From: Alphaproteobacteria bacterium
GTDB taxonomy: Bacteria; Pseudomonadota; Alphaproteobacteria; RF32; CAG-239
Assembly: GCA_017626035.1 (NCBI GenBank)
Contig: JAGAJR010000010.1
Location: 581-64,580 of the forward strand
DNA: 64,000 nucleotides
Reading direction: 5' to 3'
Of the stretch, positions 19,827 to 29,953 are shown piece by piece (the first letter of the stretch is position 1; the number at the start of each line of letters is the position of its first letter). The position numbers were made by a program, and so were the translations under genes. The notes under the pieces were generated by a model. That model was not told where the DNA came from and ran no database searches. It saw only the letters and a program-made list of their open reading frames with translations.

Positions 19827-22800
19827 TTAATTGTCTTCTTCTTTGGTATTTCGCAAAGAATCGTTATATATTTTGGCAAAATTGCTGTAAGCCGCAACAT
19901 CGTTAATAACGTTGTCTATTTGTTTGATGTCGATTTTATCATCTTCCAGACGGTTCGTTAATATGTTAAATACGCTATGATATTTAGTATTTTTGAAATA
20001 AGGCATAAATTTATTGCGTAATCTGACGATAACCGTTTCTTTGCCGGATTTTTTCAATGCGGTAGCCCAATCCAGAATTAAATTAATTTGTTCTTCGCTC
20101 AATGGTTTGCCTTCAACCGGTTTTTCAATAAGATATTTCAGATTATCCGCTGCGTGTCCCCAAATACCTCCGTTCCAATAAATTTCGCTTTTGAGGAGCA
20201 GGGCGTTGCGGCTGTAATCGTCTTTTATCAGTTCAAGGGCTTCTTCTTGTTTTCCTAAGGCTGCCAAGGCTTTTGCCCGAATGATTTTGCGATGCAGGTA
20301 TAGTGTTTGCGGCAAATCGTCATTCTCTGTTTGGTCCAGAATTTGCAGAGCATTGCTGTTTAAGTCTTTGAACAGGTAAATCAAAGCCAAACGAGCTCCG
20401 ACAGAGGCTTTTTCTTCCGAAGACAATATATTGTTTTTCAATTCATCGGTTAAAAGCTGTTCAGCCCTGTCCAACAAATCAACAGCCACTAAACGGTCGC
20501 TGAGTTTTTGGATTATCATGTTATAATGTTTGCTCTTTGGAGCCAGCCACTCAAAATCCTGATATAGTGCCAAGGATTTTAATGCCGGAAGATTGTCGGC
20601 TCGGTTGTTTATGTAAATATCTTCAAACAAAGAAACCATTTTTCCCGTGATGATTTCCTGTTCTTCGGGAGTACTTAATTTGTGAAGTTTTTGCAAAGAC
20701 CGCAGAGCATTATAATAGTCATTGTTACGGACATATAATCCGGCTAAATCATTCAACAGTCCTTTGCGGAATTCTTTTTCACTCCAGACAAAACGCAATC
20801 TTTCTAATTCGTTGATGGCTTTTTCCGGTTTGACGGCATTCAGCTCTATTTCAAGGTTGGCGATTTGTTTGCGGGAAAGGGCAGCGTATTTTAACGATTT
20901 TCCTGCTGCAACCCGGCGGAATTCCCGAATGGCATTACGCGGATACCCCTGAATCAGGAATTTTCGTGCCGTTAAATAATTGATTTCATCCTGATAATTC
21001 TTTTTGCTGTCGGTTGTTTTGAGCACATCAATAAAATTTTGAGTGGTCATGTCATCGCCGGCGGCAAGGGCTATTTCTGCTCCGGCCAGAGCTATTTTAT
21101 TTTTGAGTTCGTTCGGATAATCTTTAATCAGCGAAATGTATGAGAGCAGAACGACATTGTCTTCCGGCTGCGGTTGTTTGGCCGCGGATGCCAATGTTCT
21201 CCAGAAAATCGCTTCGTTTAATTCAGGCAAACGGCCGAATGAAAAGTTTTCTATGGCTTGTTCATATCTTCCGGATAAGAAGTTAGCAATACCCAAAAGA
21301 CCTTGGTAGTATTCTGTATTCACTTCTTGGGATTTGTTTTCCGCCATTTTGTTTAGGACGCTGAGGGCGTTGGTTCCCAAACCTTTGGCCAGATAATATT
21401 TAACCAGAAGCAAGCGGGCTTTGTCTTTTTCATCTTCTGCGGCGGAGGAAATATCTTGTTTAAGCAATTCTTCCGCTTTTATGAATTTTTCTTTTAATAT
21501 TTGCTGTGGAATATCCGCTATTAAGGACGGAAGATTTTCTTTGGTGCGGGCTATAAATTCATGCCGCTTCAAATTTTCTAAATCGGCGGAGATGTTCAGG
21601 CCTCTGTTCAGGGCTTTGATTGTCAGACCGATATTGGAACGGTCCATGGTAACATCATGAGCTTTGAAAACCATAGCTACGCCTTGAGTAGAATCCAGCA
21701 GTTCAAAATCAGGATAGCTGTAAGCCGTTTTTAATCCGCTTTTCAGTTCGGAACTTGGAGAAACGGAAATAATATCACCGATTGCCGGGTCAATAATCGT
21801 TACGGTATTGCCTGCGGCTGTTGTCGGGATGAACAGATAAGGCCTTTTGGAACTGTCATATTGCGTATATAAAGGCATATCTTTGATGCTGTCGGAGGTG
21901 TCTTGTTTAAGCAAGTCGATAATCCATAACAAACCTTCTTTACGAATTGACGGAAAAACGTCTTGTTTAAGTTTTAATCTTAAAACCGTTGCACTCGGAT
22001 GAGGCATTTGGATTAATTCGTCGACCATTTTTGAAGTTAAGGATGTCAGTTCTTCAACGTCAACGTTTTGGCGGTGGTCGAAAATAATCCATAAATAGCC
22101 GTTTCTTTGGAAGACGGCAAGGTTGACCGGTATATTCCACGGGAAACCCAAACTGGCAACGGAATGGTCGTTGGTTTGCGGAATAAGCTGGGTGAGAGCC
22201 ATTTGCTGGTTTTTGGCAACTGTTTTTTCGGAAGAGACAATCATCGGAATTGTTTTTTGGGCGTGATCTTCTTCCAGATCATCGTTAACGGTTTTTTCGA
22301 TGTCAATTACGATTTTACGATTAACTTCAAAGCTACGGACGAGTTTTTCGGGAAAGATGATATCCAGTCCTCCGTTTTCGTTTCTGGCCTGCATAATTAA
22401 TTTTGCCTGCGGATAATTTTTCAGGTTATCTGCGAGCAGACGGATGTCTTTTCCCAGACTGACAACGGTTTTTTGAGCTTCCCGGCTAATTTTTAAATCC
22501 GGTTTTTTGCTGCCGGAATATTTAAACGCAAAACGGGCAAATTGAGGATGATTGCCGTATTCAATTTCAATGGTTTTATTTTTTGCATCTATGCCGTTTG
22601 CCGTCAAAAGGGTGTTTTGCGGTGAAATATCTATTATTAATTTGTTTTTTCGGCGGAAGTTCTTAGTACTGACCGGAAATTTTGTTGTTAAGGTAATTTG
22701 TTTTTTGTCATCGGATATTTTCGTATTCTCAATCACGTGAGAATATTTCTTTTCTATGTCGGCAGCCTGAAACGACGTAGGTTTGCTGAATGAAAGCAAT

Positions 22801-22991
22801 ACGTTATTGTCTTTTGTTTCGATTTCGTAATCAGTTTTCTCATCCATCGGCAGTTCAATGGATATGGTTTGTCCGATGATGTCATAACTGACGGGACCGG
22901 CTTTTGCAATTGGAGCAGACAGGCAAAAGGCAATCAGAAACGAAGCTGAATGTCGTAAAATTTGCTTATATATGTTTTTTGCCTGTATCAA
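19827..22991 (-). CDS. Large exported TPR-containing protein in the flagellar motor cluster
   Basis: Signal peptide, N-terminal beta-rich modules, C-terminal helical repeats; directly downstream of the motE-like gene. Confidence 0.65.
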   Translation of the reverse strand: MIQAKNIYKQILRHSASFLIAFCLSAPIAKAGPVSYDIIGQTISIELPMDEKTDYEIETKDNNVLLSFSKPTSFQAADIEKKYSHVIENTKISDDKKQITLTTKFPVSTKNFRRKNKLIIDISPQNTLLTANGIDAKNKTIEIEYGNHPQFARFAFKYSGSKKPDLKISREAQKTVVSLGKDIRLLADNLKNYPQAKLIMQARNENGGLDIIFPEKLVRSFEVNRKIVIDIEKTVNDDLEEDHAQKTIPMIVSSEKTVAKNQQMALTQLIPQTNDHSVASLGFPWNIPVNLAVFQRNGYLWIIFDHRQNVDVEELTSLTSKMVDELIQMPHPSATVLRLKLKQDVFPSIRKEGLLWIIDLLKQDTSDSIKDMPLYTQYDSSKRPYLFIPTTAAGNTVTIIDPAIGDIISVSPSSELKSGLKTAYSYPDFELLDSTQGVAMVFKAHDVTMDRSNIGLTIKALNRGLNISADLENLKRHEFIARTKENLPSLIADIPQQILKEKFIKAEELLKQDISSAAEDEKDKARLLLVKYYLAKGLGTNALSVLNKMAENKSQEVNTEYYQGLLGIANFLSGRYEQAIENFSFGRLPELNEAIFWRTLASAAKQPQPEDNVVLLSYISLIKDYPNELKNKIALAGAEIALAAGDDMTTQNFIDVLKTTDSKKNYQDEINYLTARKFLIQGYPRNAIREFRRVAAGKSLKYAALSRKQIANLEIELNAVKPEKAINELERLRFVWSEKEFRKGLLNDLAGLYVRNNDYYNALRSLQKLHKLSTPEEQEIITGKMVSLFEDIYINNRADNLPALKSLALYQDFEWLAPKSKHYNMIIQKLSDRLVAVDLLDRAEQLLTDELKNNILSSEEKASVGARLALIYLFKDLNSNALQILDQTENDDLPQTLYLHRKIIRAKALAALGKQEEALELIKDDYSRNALLLKSEIYWNGGIWGHAADNLKYLIEKPVEGKPLSEEQINLILDWATALKKSGKETVIVRLRNKFMPYFKNTKYHSVFNILTNRLEDDKIDIKQIDNVINDVAAYSNFAKIYNDSLRNTKEEDN

Positions 22992-23000
22992 GGTGTGTCC

Positions 23001-23663
23001 TTAATTAATATTATAACCAATCAGTTCATCAGTTACGGCTTTGGCTTTTTCTGACTGCATCTGCGATAAAATTGCCGATGAAACAGACGGTTTCATTTCT
23101 CCGAGCAGAGAAACGGCCACTTCCAAATCCAGTGTGTTGAAAATACGGGCAGCGTCTTTCGGTTTCATTGTCGAATACATTTTTACTAAAGAATTGAGTT
23201 TTTCTTTTTCTTTGGTGTTGTATTCTTTAATCAGCTTTCTTAATTTGTTTTCGTATTCCCGGAGTTGCTTTAATTTCTTATCAATTTCGTTTTCGGCAAC
23301 TTTCAGCTGAACGGCCTTTTTATCAATTTCACGGCTGCGTAAATCCAAAGCTTCTCTTCTTTCGGCAAGTTCCTGCAGAATCATTATTTCCGACTGAGTG
23401 AAATTCGGTTTGTTAATTCCTCTTATGTCGGCTCTGGTGTTTCCGGTGCTGTCGGTGTTATTAAGGACTTTGTCCAACTCTGCGGTTTCTTTTGTATCCC
23501 GGTCGTCGGCAAAGGCCTCTGACTGGGAAATGCTTATGGTTTGTGTTTCCTGTTTTTTGATTTCGTCAAAAACATTGTTAATGCGAACAGACAAAGTCAG
23601 TGCAGCCATAAAGATAAAAACCGGGAGAATGCGAAAGTTTTGTTTTAATTTTTTTAGTAACAT
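23001..23663 (-). CDS. motE: MotE-family flagellar protein (MgtE N-terminal-like domain)
   Basis: N-terminal TM helix, coiled coil, LVKMYSTMKPKDAARIFNTLD motif. Confidence 0.8.
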   Translation of the reverse strand: MLLKKLKQNFRILPVFIFMAALTLSVRINNVFDEIKKQETQTISISQSEAFADDRDTKETAELDKVLNNTDSTGNTRADIRGINKPNFTQSEIMILQELAERREALDLRSREIDKKAVQLKVAENEIDKKLKQLREYENKLRKLIKEYNTKEKEKLNSLVKMYSTMKPKDAARIFNTLDLEVAVSLLGEMKPSVSSAILSQMQSEKAKAVTDELIGYNIN

Positions 23664-23673
23664 TTATACACCC

Positions 23674-24159
23674 TTATTTTATAGATCTGAGAGCTTTGAG
23701 CAGTTCCATTTCTGCTTCGGAACGAGAATCCTCAATCGGGAAGACATTATCTTCTACCTTTTTTGCCCCGGTTTGAAAAGTATTTTTTTTGCCGCCGAAT
23801 AAAGATGCGTTTTTCGGAGTTTCTTCTTTAATGGTTCTGCCGTCGCGAATAACGTTTTCGAGCCGGTCGGCAAGATTATCCGCCCGTTCGTTAATGAACA
23901 TCAGGTCATCTTTGAGGGTTTTGGCATTATCGACAACTTCTTTTAACCCTTCGGAAGAATGTTCCGTTACCGATTTTAGTTTCGGAATGGAATTTTCGGC
24001 CTTAAAGGTGGCGTCGTTTAATGCTTCCACCAGTTTGGCAAGGCTGTTTTGATTTTGCCGCAAAAGATTCAGGTTCTTGTTTAGCTTGTAAGCATAAATC
24101 AAGGTCGGAATCAATAAAACGATAATGCTTATGTTGATGATAAATTCAAAATTATCCAT
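23674..24159 (-). CDS. DUF6468-like protein (TM plus coiled coil) adjacent to fliM
   Basis: TL.YAY.LN..L..LR N-terminus and SEAEMELLKAL C-terminus; position between fliM and motE. Confidence 0.65.
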   Translation of the reverse strand: MDNFEFIINISIIVLLIPTLIYAYKLNKNLNLLRQNQNSLAKLVEALNDATFKAENSIPKLKSVTEHSSEGLKEVVDNAKTLKDDLMFINERADNLADRLENVIRDGRTIKEETPKNASLFGGKKNTFQTGAKKVEDNVFPIEDSRSEAEMELLKALRSIK

Positions 24160-25234
24160 TTTTTTCAGCCTTGTCTTTTACTTTAATGACAATATGTTCG
24201 GATTTGCGGCCCATGGTGCCTTTTATTAACGGAACGTCTCCGCAAATCAAGGTAATGTCTTCATTGCTGTTCATTTCCAGCGGGAGAAAAGATCCTTTAT
24301 CCCATTTGGCGATTTCTCCCAAGCTGATTTCTTTTTCTTTCAGAATGGCTTTGATTTCGACATCCGTTTCCCAAAGTTCTTCCATGAGGTGGTTTTCCCA
24401 GATGGTATCGCGGCCGTAGCGTTCGCCCATAAACATTTGTAACAGCAGGTCTCTGACCGGTTCCAGTGTGGCGTAAGGAATCATTAAGTCGATTTTTCCG
24501 CCGCGGTCTTCCATGTCTATTCTCAACCGGGCAACGATTACCGCGTTGGAAAGGCGGGAAATGGTTGCAAAACGAGGGTTGGTTTCAAGGCGGTCATAGG
24601 AAAAGTTTACGGAGGTAACCGGGTCAAATGCCGTTGATAAATCGGAGAGTATCAATTCAATCATATCTTTGACGAGGTTTAACTCGATGGTTGTATACGG
24701 GCGTCCTTCAATTCTCATGGCAGCTGTTCCGCGTCTTCCGCCGAGCAAAACATCCACGATAGAGTACACGAGAGACGAATCAACGGACATTAAGCCGTAG
24801 TTGTCCCATTCTTCAGCTTTGAAAACAGCGAGCAGGGTCGGGAAGGTTAACGAATCGATATATTCGCCGAAACGCATTGATTCAATGCTGTCCAGAGAGA
24901 CTTCCACGTTGTCCTGCGTGAAGTTACGCAAAGATGTGGCCATCATGCGGATAAGGCGGTCAAAAACGATATCCAGCATCGGCAGACGTTCGTAAGAAAC
25001 CATTGATGAGTTCAAAATGGCTCTGACCCCTGTTTTCATGGAGTAAGAATCGTCTTCGTCATCATCGCCGGAGTAACCAAACAGGCTGTCGATTTCTTCC
25101 TGATTGAGAATTTTGCTGTCTGCGGCATCGGCTGATGGCATGGCGGCTTGCGGATTTTCGCCGCGAACCTGAATCATGTCAGCCCAGTCTTTATCCGGAG
25201 TTTCGTTTTTTTGTTCTTTATTTTCCTCAGCCAC
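24152..25234 (-). CDS. fliM: Flagellar motor switch protein FliM
   Basis: LNQEEIDSL CheY-binding motif, YERLPMLDIVFDRL, EGRPYTTIE, ETNPRFA, C-terminal SpoA domain. Confidence 0.95.
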   Translation of the reverse strand: MAEENKEQKNETPDKDWADMIQVRGENPQAAMPSADAADSKILNQEEIDSLFGYSGDDDEDDSYSMKTGVRAILNSSMVSYERLPMLDIVFDRLIRMMATSLRNFTQDNVEVSLDSIESMRFGEYIDSLTFPTLLAVFKAEEWDNYGLMSVDSSLVYSIVDVLLGGRRGTAAMRIEGRPYTTIELNLVKDMIELILSDLSTAFDPVTSVNFSYDRLETNPRFATISRLSNAVIVARLRIDMEDRGGKIDLMIPYATLEPVRDLLLQMFMGERYGRDTIWENHLMEELWETDVEIKAILKEKEISLGEIAKWDKGSFLPLEMNSNEDITLICGDVPLIKGTMGRKSEHIVIKVKDKAEKNG

Positions 25235-25246
25235 GTCAGTTTTTCC

Positions 25247-25777
25247 TTATTTCTTCAGAATTTCAAAATTTTTAATGTTTAAGTTGGTTACTTTTATCGG
25301 GTCGGTTATCAGGTTAATGCGGTATTGCAGTTCTTCCTTCAGGTAGTAAAGGCTGTCGGAACCTTGCAATTCATCTTCGGTCAGTTCCAGAGTGTGGGCA
25401 ATGACGGCATCGGCAATCTGAGGCATGAGACCTTCAATGATTTTTATGTCGTCAACGGTCGGAATTTCAATGCTCAAGCGGATTTGAGCAAGTTCCCTTT
25501 TTCCGTCCGCATTTTTAATCTGCACGTTTATTTCCGGAAGATCATAAAAAATAAGCAGATTTTTCTTATTGCCGTCCTCTGCGGCGGATTTATCGACCAC
25601 GGTATAAGGGAGCTCTTCTTCGGAGTTGATTTTTTTGCCGGAGATGGAATAAAAGCTGACAATCAGCCCGATAACAATCAGTATCGGCAACAAAAACAAC
25701 AGAAATTTTTTCTTGTCGATGATTTTTAAATTTTCGTCGGGAATATTGTCTTCCGTATCGTTTTCAATATTAACCAT
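25247..25777 (-). CDS. fliL: Flagellar basal body protein FliL
   Basis: KKK followed by a TM helix, FYDLPEI.V, P.I.D, L.G...LY.LKEEL..RIN; upstream of fliM. Confidence 0.85.
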   Translation of the reverse strand: MVNIENDTEDNIPDENLKIIDKKKFLLFLLPILIVIGLIVSFYSISGKKINSEEELPYTVVDKSAAEDGNKKNLLIFYDLPEINVQIKNADGKRELAQIRLSIEIPTVDDIKIIEGLMPQIADAVIAHTLELTEDELQGSDSLYYLKEELQYRINLITDPIKVTNLNIKNFEILKK

Positions 25778-26086
25778 TTTATACTCCGGTACTTAAACAT
25801 ATATTCCGCATTTTATAATATTTTTTTTATAATTAAACACTAAAAAGCGACTTATTATACGGAATTCGTATAAAAAAAACGCTTTAAGCGGCGGAATGGT
25901 GATTCGGAATGCCGATTTTAACCAATAATTATGATTTTTGATGTATTATTTCACACTGCGAAGAAGTGTTGATTTTATATGTTACAGATATATGAAATCT
26001 TTGCAAAAAACAAGGCTGTTACTGGTAAAATGCCAGAAAATGTGATAGGCTGAATATAGTGTTATAAGGGGTGAAGGCTGAAATAA

Positions 26087-26881
26087 ATGTATATATGGGT
26101 CATATTGGCAACATTTATTACGATTTTGTATTCGTTTAACCTTTCGATAAGGGCGGATATGAGAAAGCTTTATGTCGAACCGCAGGCCGAGGCCGTGGTT
26201 GCCAGATTGGTGGAACAGCATCGTGCCGCCCAGAAATATGTCAGGGATCATATGCCTCCGGATAATGGTTCTTCAACGGTTTCGTATCATCCGGGGGAAG
26301 TCAGCTTTGCCAATTTGAAACCATATTTGCCGTATGGCTTTAACGGCTCTCAGACGACCAGCGAATATACAACGCTGTTGTATTGTTTGGATAGAACCAG
26401 CGACAAATTCAGCCAAGCGATGACGGGATGTACGGGGAGCGGTCCGAGCTGCTGCGGGGATGCAAAGTCGATTACTTATCTGGCGACATTCGGATGTGTG
26501 CCGCAGAAATGGAGAAATATTCGTACCGGCCGCCCGAATAACGATATGTTGAATGCCATTCAGAATCTGGTTGGCATGGGAACCGATATGGGATATGCCG
26601 ATTTTGTTTCTCCGGATGATCCGGAAAACGGTTTAAAAACAACAATGATGATCAGAGCCCGAGAAGTTACGTTTGTTTCCATTCCTCAATACATTATTTC
26701 CAACAGGTTAAACGGGGTGGAAGAAGGGCGTTCATTCAGCGAGATGTGCGGCGACGGAGTAAAAGGCAATGATGTTTCTTCCGAAGCCGGAAGTGAAGAT
26801 ACGGAGGAAGAAACTCCGGATGATGTTACGGTGGACAGTGCGTGTAATTTTTGTTTGATTTATTTGACTCCGTTTGATTAA
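26087..26881 (+). CDS. Pilin-like/PilM-like N-terminally anchored protein
   Basis: Hydrophobic N-terminus followed by an amphipathic helix (QAEAVVARLVEQHRAAQKYV), Cys-rich body; directly upstream of a PilV-like gene. Confidence 0.45.
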   Translation: MYIWVILATFITILYSFNLSIRADMRKLYVEPQAEAVVARLVEQHRAAQKYVRDHMPPDNGSSTVSYHPGEVSFANLKPYLPYGFNGSQTTSEYTTLLYCLDRTSDKFSQAMTGCTGSGPSCCGDAKSITYLATFGCVPQKWRNIRTGRPNNDMLNAIQNLVGMGTDMGYADFVSPDDPENGLKTTMMIRAREVTFVSIPQYIISNRLNGVEEGRSFSEMCGDGVKGNDVSSEAGSEDTEEETPDDVTVDSACNFCLIYLTPFD

Positions 26882-26907
26882 CGGCGGAAAAGGGCAGGAG
26901 AAAGCAG

Positions 26908-29814
26908 ATGGTAAAACGTAAATTTTCGAGATTAAACGAACTCGGCAGTTTGATGGTCGAAGCAATGGCGATGTTAGCGTTGATTTCGATGGTAACTCCT
27001 ATTCTCTATAAAAAAGCGGCAGAGCGGACAACCGAACTGCAAGACATTAACGCAGCCAGCCAGATGCGAAGTTTGATAAAGTCTATTGACGATTATGTCA
27101 AAGACAACTATGACGATTTGGTTGCCGGAAAAACAATTACGCAATCTGAGTGTAATACGGCAAGTGTAAACTATTCGGCATTTACCAATTCTTCTGCAAA
27201 TATCACGGTTCCGATTAATCACTTTTGTTATTATCTTCCTTACGGTTTTTTAGGAAATGACAAAGAAGCCCAAGACAGCAAAACTTTCTCCAGCAATTAT
27301 AAAGTCGTATTGAAAAAAGTGGACGGAGACAGCGGCAGAAAGAAAACAATTACGGCTTTCCTGGTTGCTAATCCGAGTGCAGGGACATTGCCTATGATCA
27401 GAGCATCGAGAATTGCTTCCATGGTTGGCAGCAACGGCGGCTATGTGGACGGCAACAGAGGTAACGGTGTGCAAGGTATTTGGACATTGGATAACCTGCA
27501 GACAGATTTGGGATTAAATGCCGCCGATTATACCAACGGGGCAATTATGGCATCGTCCATGCAGTCTATCAGTGCTTCCGGCGGTGGTGACAGCAGTGAA
27601 AACGTTTTGTATCGAAACAAACGGGCCGGAAAAGAATATTTGAATACGATGGAAACCGACCTTTCCATGGGAGAAGCCGCAGGCAAGCAATATAACATTA
27701 AGAACATTAATCAGTTGATTGTCGGGGCAAATTCGGCGGATACGATGGACGGAGGAATTGAAAATGCCCTGTATTTGAAAAAAGGCGGTATTAACGTGGG
27801 GGACAAAGCTAAAATTTCCAGTAACGGTGCTATCAGCGGTACGTCTTTGGGCATTACCGGAGGAGCCACCATCGGCGGAGCTCTCAGTGCCGCTTCGGCA
27901 ACGATTTCAGGAGCTTTGCAGGCGGCAACGGCCAATATTACCGGAAATCTGACTGTCGGCGGCAGCGGTACGTTTGGCGGAGCAATTACCGGTGCAAGTC
28001 TGGATGTGGGCAGCGGTGCCATTAAAGGCGGTCCGATTACCGGTACGAGTCTGAATGTGGGAACGGGAAGCATTACGGCCGGAAACGGTAATTTCAGCGG
28101 TGATATTACGGCGGTAAACGGTAATTTCAGCGGAACCGTCAATGCCAATTTGTTTGAAGCTCCGGTGATTACGGCAACGCAGACATTGAATGCCGGTGCC
28201 GGCGGGGCTTTTGCCCAGTTTGATGCGACAAGTGCCGATATTAATGTTGATACGTTTAAGGTAGGAAAAACTTCCGGTTCAAAAATAAGTGTTACAGACA
28301 AGGATACCAAGCTGCGGAATACAACGACTATGGATGTCGGGCTTTCAGACAGCAAACGCGTTATTATGAATAGCAGCGGCGTAGGAATAACTTCGGATGC
28401 ATTGGCAACGATGTATGGTAATACCGGGGTGAATATAGGAACTTCTGCCGGAAAGGTTGTTAATATTCAAACTGATTTGTTAACGGCTCAGAGCCCGTCT
28501 GGAGTTGCCGGAGCCAAAGGCTTGGTTAAAGTACGGGATGATTTCTATGCTATTGGCGAAAAATTTAAATTGACAAGAACTTCGGGTAATGTGAATACGT
28601 TGGTATTTTCCCCTTATACGACAGCTGCCGGAGATGCGGTTATTTATGCCAGCCATACGGATGCCAATGCAGCTCCGCGTTTAGATATTAAATCCAGTGT
28701 TTTGCAAGTAGACAGCGGACCAAGCAGCAGTTATACCGGTATTGCTCCGGGGGCGGCTGTTGCAGGAAATGCCAGCAAGGGCAGCGTTTATATCCGAAAC
28801 GGCGTGATTGAATTGAGATCTCAATATGATGCAATTAACCAAACGACTTCGGGTACAAACAGTAAAACCTCTTCTATCCACTCCGGTTATATTAAAGCTG
28901 ACCGTTTCGTGGATAATGCTGTTCTTGCTCAAGATACTGCTCTGCCTCTTGTAGACAGCGGCGGTTATACGGGATCTCCTGTCAGATATGACGCTTATCA
29001 GGTTAATCCGGCATATACGTCCGTGATGCACGATATTAAGCTGACAACCAGAGGCGGAGCCCGTCTGAGCGATATTTTACCGGATTTCATTAACAAAGGT
29101 ATTTATGTGGTTGATAATACTTATAAAGAAGCAGTCGGAGACTGGTCCGGGAAAACAACGGTATCACAATTGGATACAATGGGTGCCTCCAGTAATGAAT
29201 GTGGGGCACATACCTGCCGTACTTCTCCGTGGCTGGGATGGATTCCGACCCCGCAATGTCCGCCGGGATATGGTAAGGTTATTACCATTACGCCGGCCGG
29301 TTGGGCAATGGCTCAGGCCGGCACGCCGGGTAAATCAACCGCAAATTCCAAGAAGAGTCCGGATCTCGCAATAAATTATGATCCGCGAACCATTACCACG
29401 GCTTTGGAAAGCGGAACAACGGATCCTACTCCGCTGTATTTCCAGAAAAGCACTTGGTTGAGAGCCAATGTTTTCCCTCACGGAGACGGAGCAAGTTTTG
29501 TCGGTTGGAGTGCCATTATGGGCTTTATGTATCCATTCTCTTATTATAAGGATTATGCCACCCATTTAGGGTTCTCTCACGGTAGTGTTGCGGAGGATCG
29601 GGCGATTATCTGGAATCTGTTTCCGGTTTTCAAACAGCAGTTGGAAGCTTATGCCACCGTCTATTGCTATTTTGACAGGGATTCTTTTAATGATGCGTAT
29701 GTCAGCGATTATGATCAATTGGTGAATAAGCGTACCCCTTATAATAAGGCAGATACGGGTGGTTATGTCGGCAGATTGAATGATCCTAAGCTGCCTTATA
29801 CCGATCCGTGGTAA
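26908..29814 (+). CDS. Large type IV prepilin-like adhesin (PilV/shufflon-N-like)
   Basis: Class III signal ELG|SLMVE followed by a hydrophobic helix; AASQMR...DYVKDNY and YLPYGF resemble the PilV N-domain; Gly-rich beta repeats; C-terminal P.CPPGY module. Confidence 0.65.
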   Translation: MVKRKFSRLNELGSLMVEAMAMLALISMVTPILYKKAAERTTELQDINAASQMRSLIKSIDDYVKDNYDDLVAGKTITQSECNTASVNYSAFTNSSANITVPINHFCYYLPYGFLGNDKEAQDSKTFSSNYKVVLKKVDGDSGRKKTITAFLVANPSAGTLPMIRASRIASMVGSNGGYVDGNRGNGVQGIWTLDNLQTDLGLNAADYTNGAIMASSMQSISASGGGDSSENVLYRNKRAGKEYLNTMETDLSMGEAAGKQYNIKNINQLIVGANSADTMDGGIENALYLKKGGINVGDKAKISSNGAISGTSLGITGGATIGGALSAASATISGALQAATANITGNLTVGGSGTFGGAITGASLDVGSGAIKGGPITGTSLNVGTGSITAGNGNFSGDITAVNGNFSGTVNANLFEAPVITATQTLNAGAGGAFAQFDATSADINVDTFKVGKTSGSKISVTDKDTKLRNTTTMDVGLSDSKRVIMNSSGVGITSDALATMYGNTGVNIGTSAGKVVNIQTDLLTAQSPSGVAGAKGLVKVRDDFYAIGEKFKLTRTSGNVNTLVFSPYTTAAGDAVIYASHTDANAAPRLDIKSSVLQVDSGPSSSYTGIAPGAAVAGNASKGSVYIRNGVIELRSQYDAINQTTSGTNSKTSSIHSGYIKADRFVDNAVLAQDTALPLVDSGGYTGSPVRYDAYQVNPAYTSVMHDIKLTTRGGARLSDILPDFINKGIYVVDNTYKEAVGDWSGKTTVSQLDTMGASSNECGAHTCRTSPWLGWIPTPQCPPGYGKVITITPAGWAMAQAGTPGKSTANSKKSPDLAINYDPRTITTALESGTTDPTPLYFQKSTWLRANVFPHGDGASFVGWSAIMGFMYPFSYYKDYATHLGFSHGSVAEDRAIIWNLFPVFKQQLEAYATVYCYFDRDSFNDAYVSDYDQLVNKRTPYNKADTGGYVGRLNDPKLPYTDPW

Positions 29815-29828
29815 TCGGCGGAGATTTG

Positions 29829-29857
29829 AAAAAGCACCGGGCTTCGGTGCTTTTTTT
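29829..29857 (+). terminator. Rho-independent terminator
   Basis: AAAAGCACCGG-GCT-TCGGTGCTTTTTTT. Confidence 0.8.
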
Positions 29858-29953
29858 GTGCTTGTGGTCAAAAAATTTTTTATATGGCAATTTCGTTAAA
29901 ATGAACTAATATATTCTTTAGTGAATGTCAGTTTTAGGATAGGAGTATAGGGG

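Noticed and set aside
25917-25935. CtrA box (TTAA-N7-TTAA) upstream of fliL
   Set aside because: Only a mismatched match (TTAA-N7-TTAT) in very AT-rich DNA, which cannot be distinguished from chance
29100-29950. Shufflon inversion system at the PilV-like C-terminus
   Set aside because: No recombinase, alternative C-terminal cassettes or repeated sfx-like sites were seen; a terminator follows the stop codon
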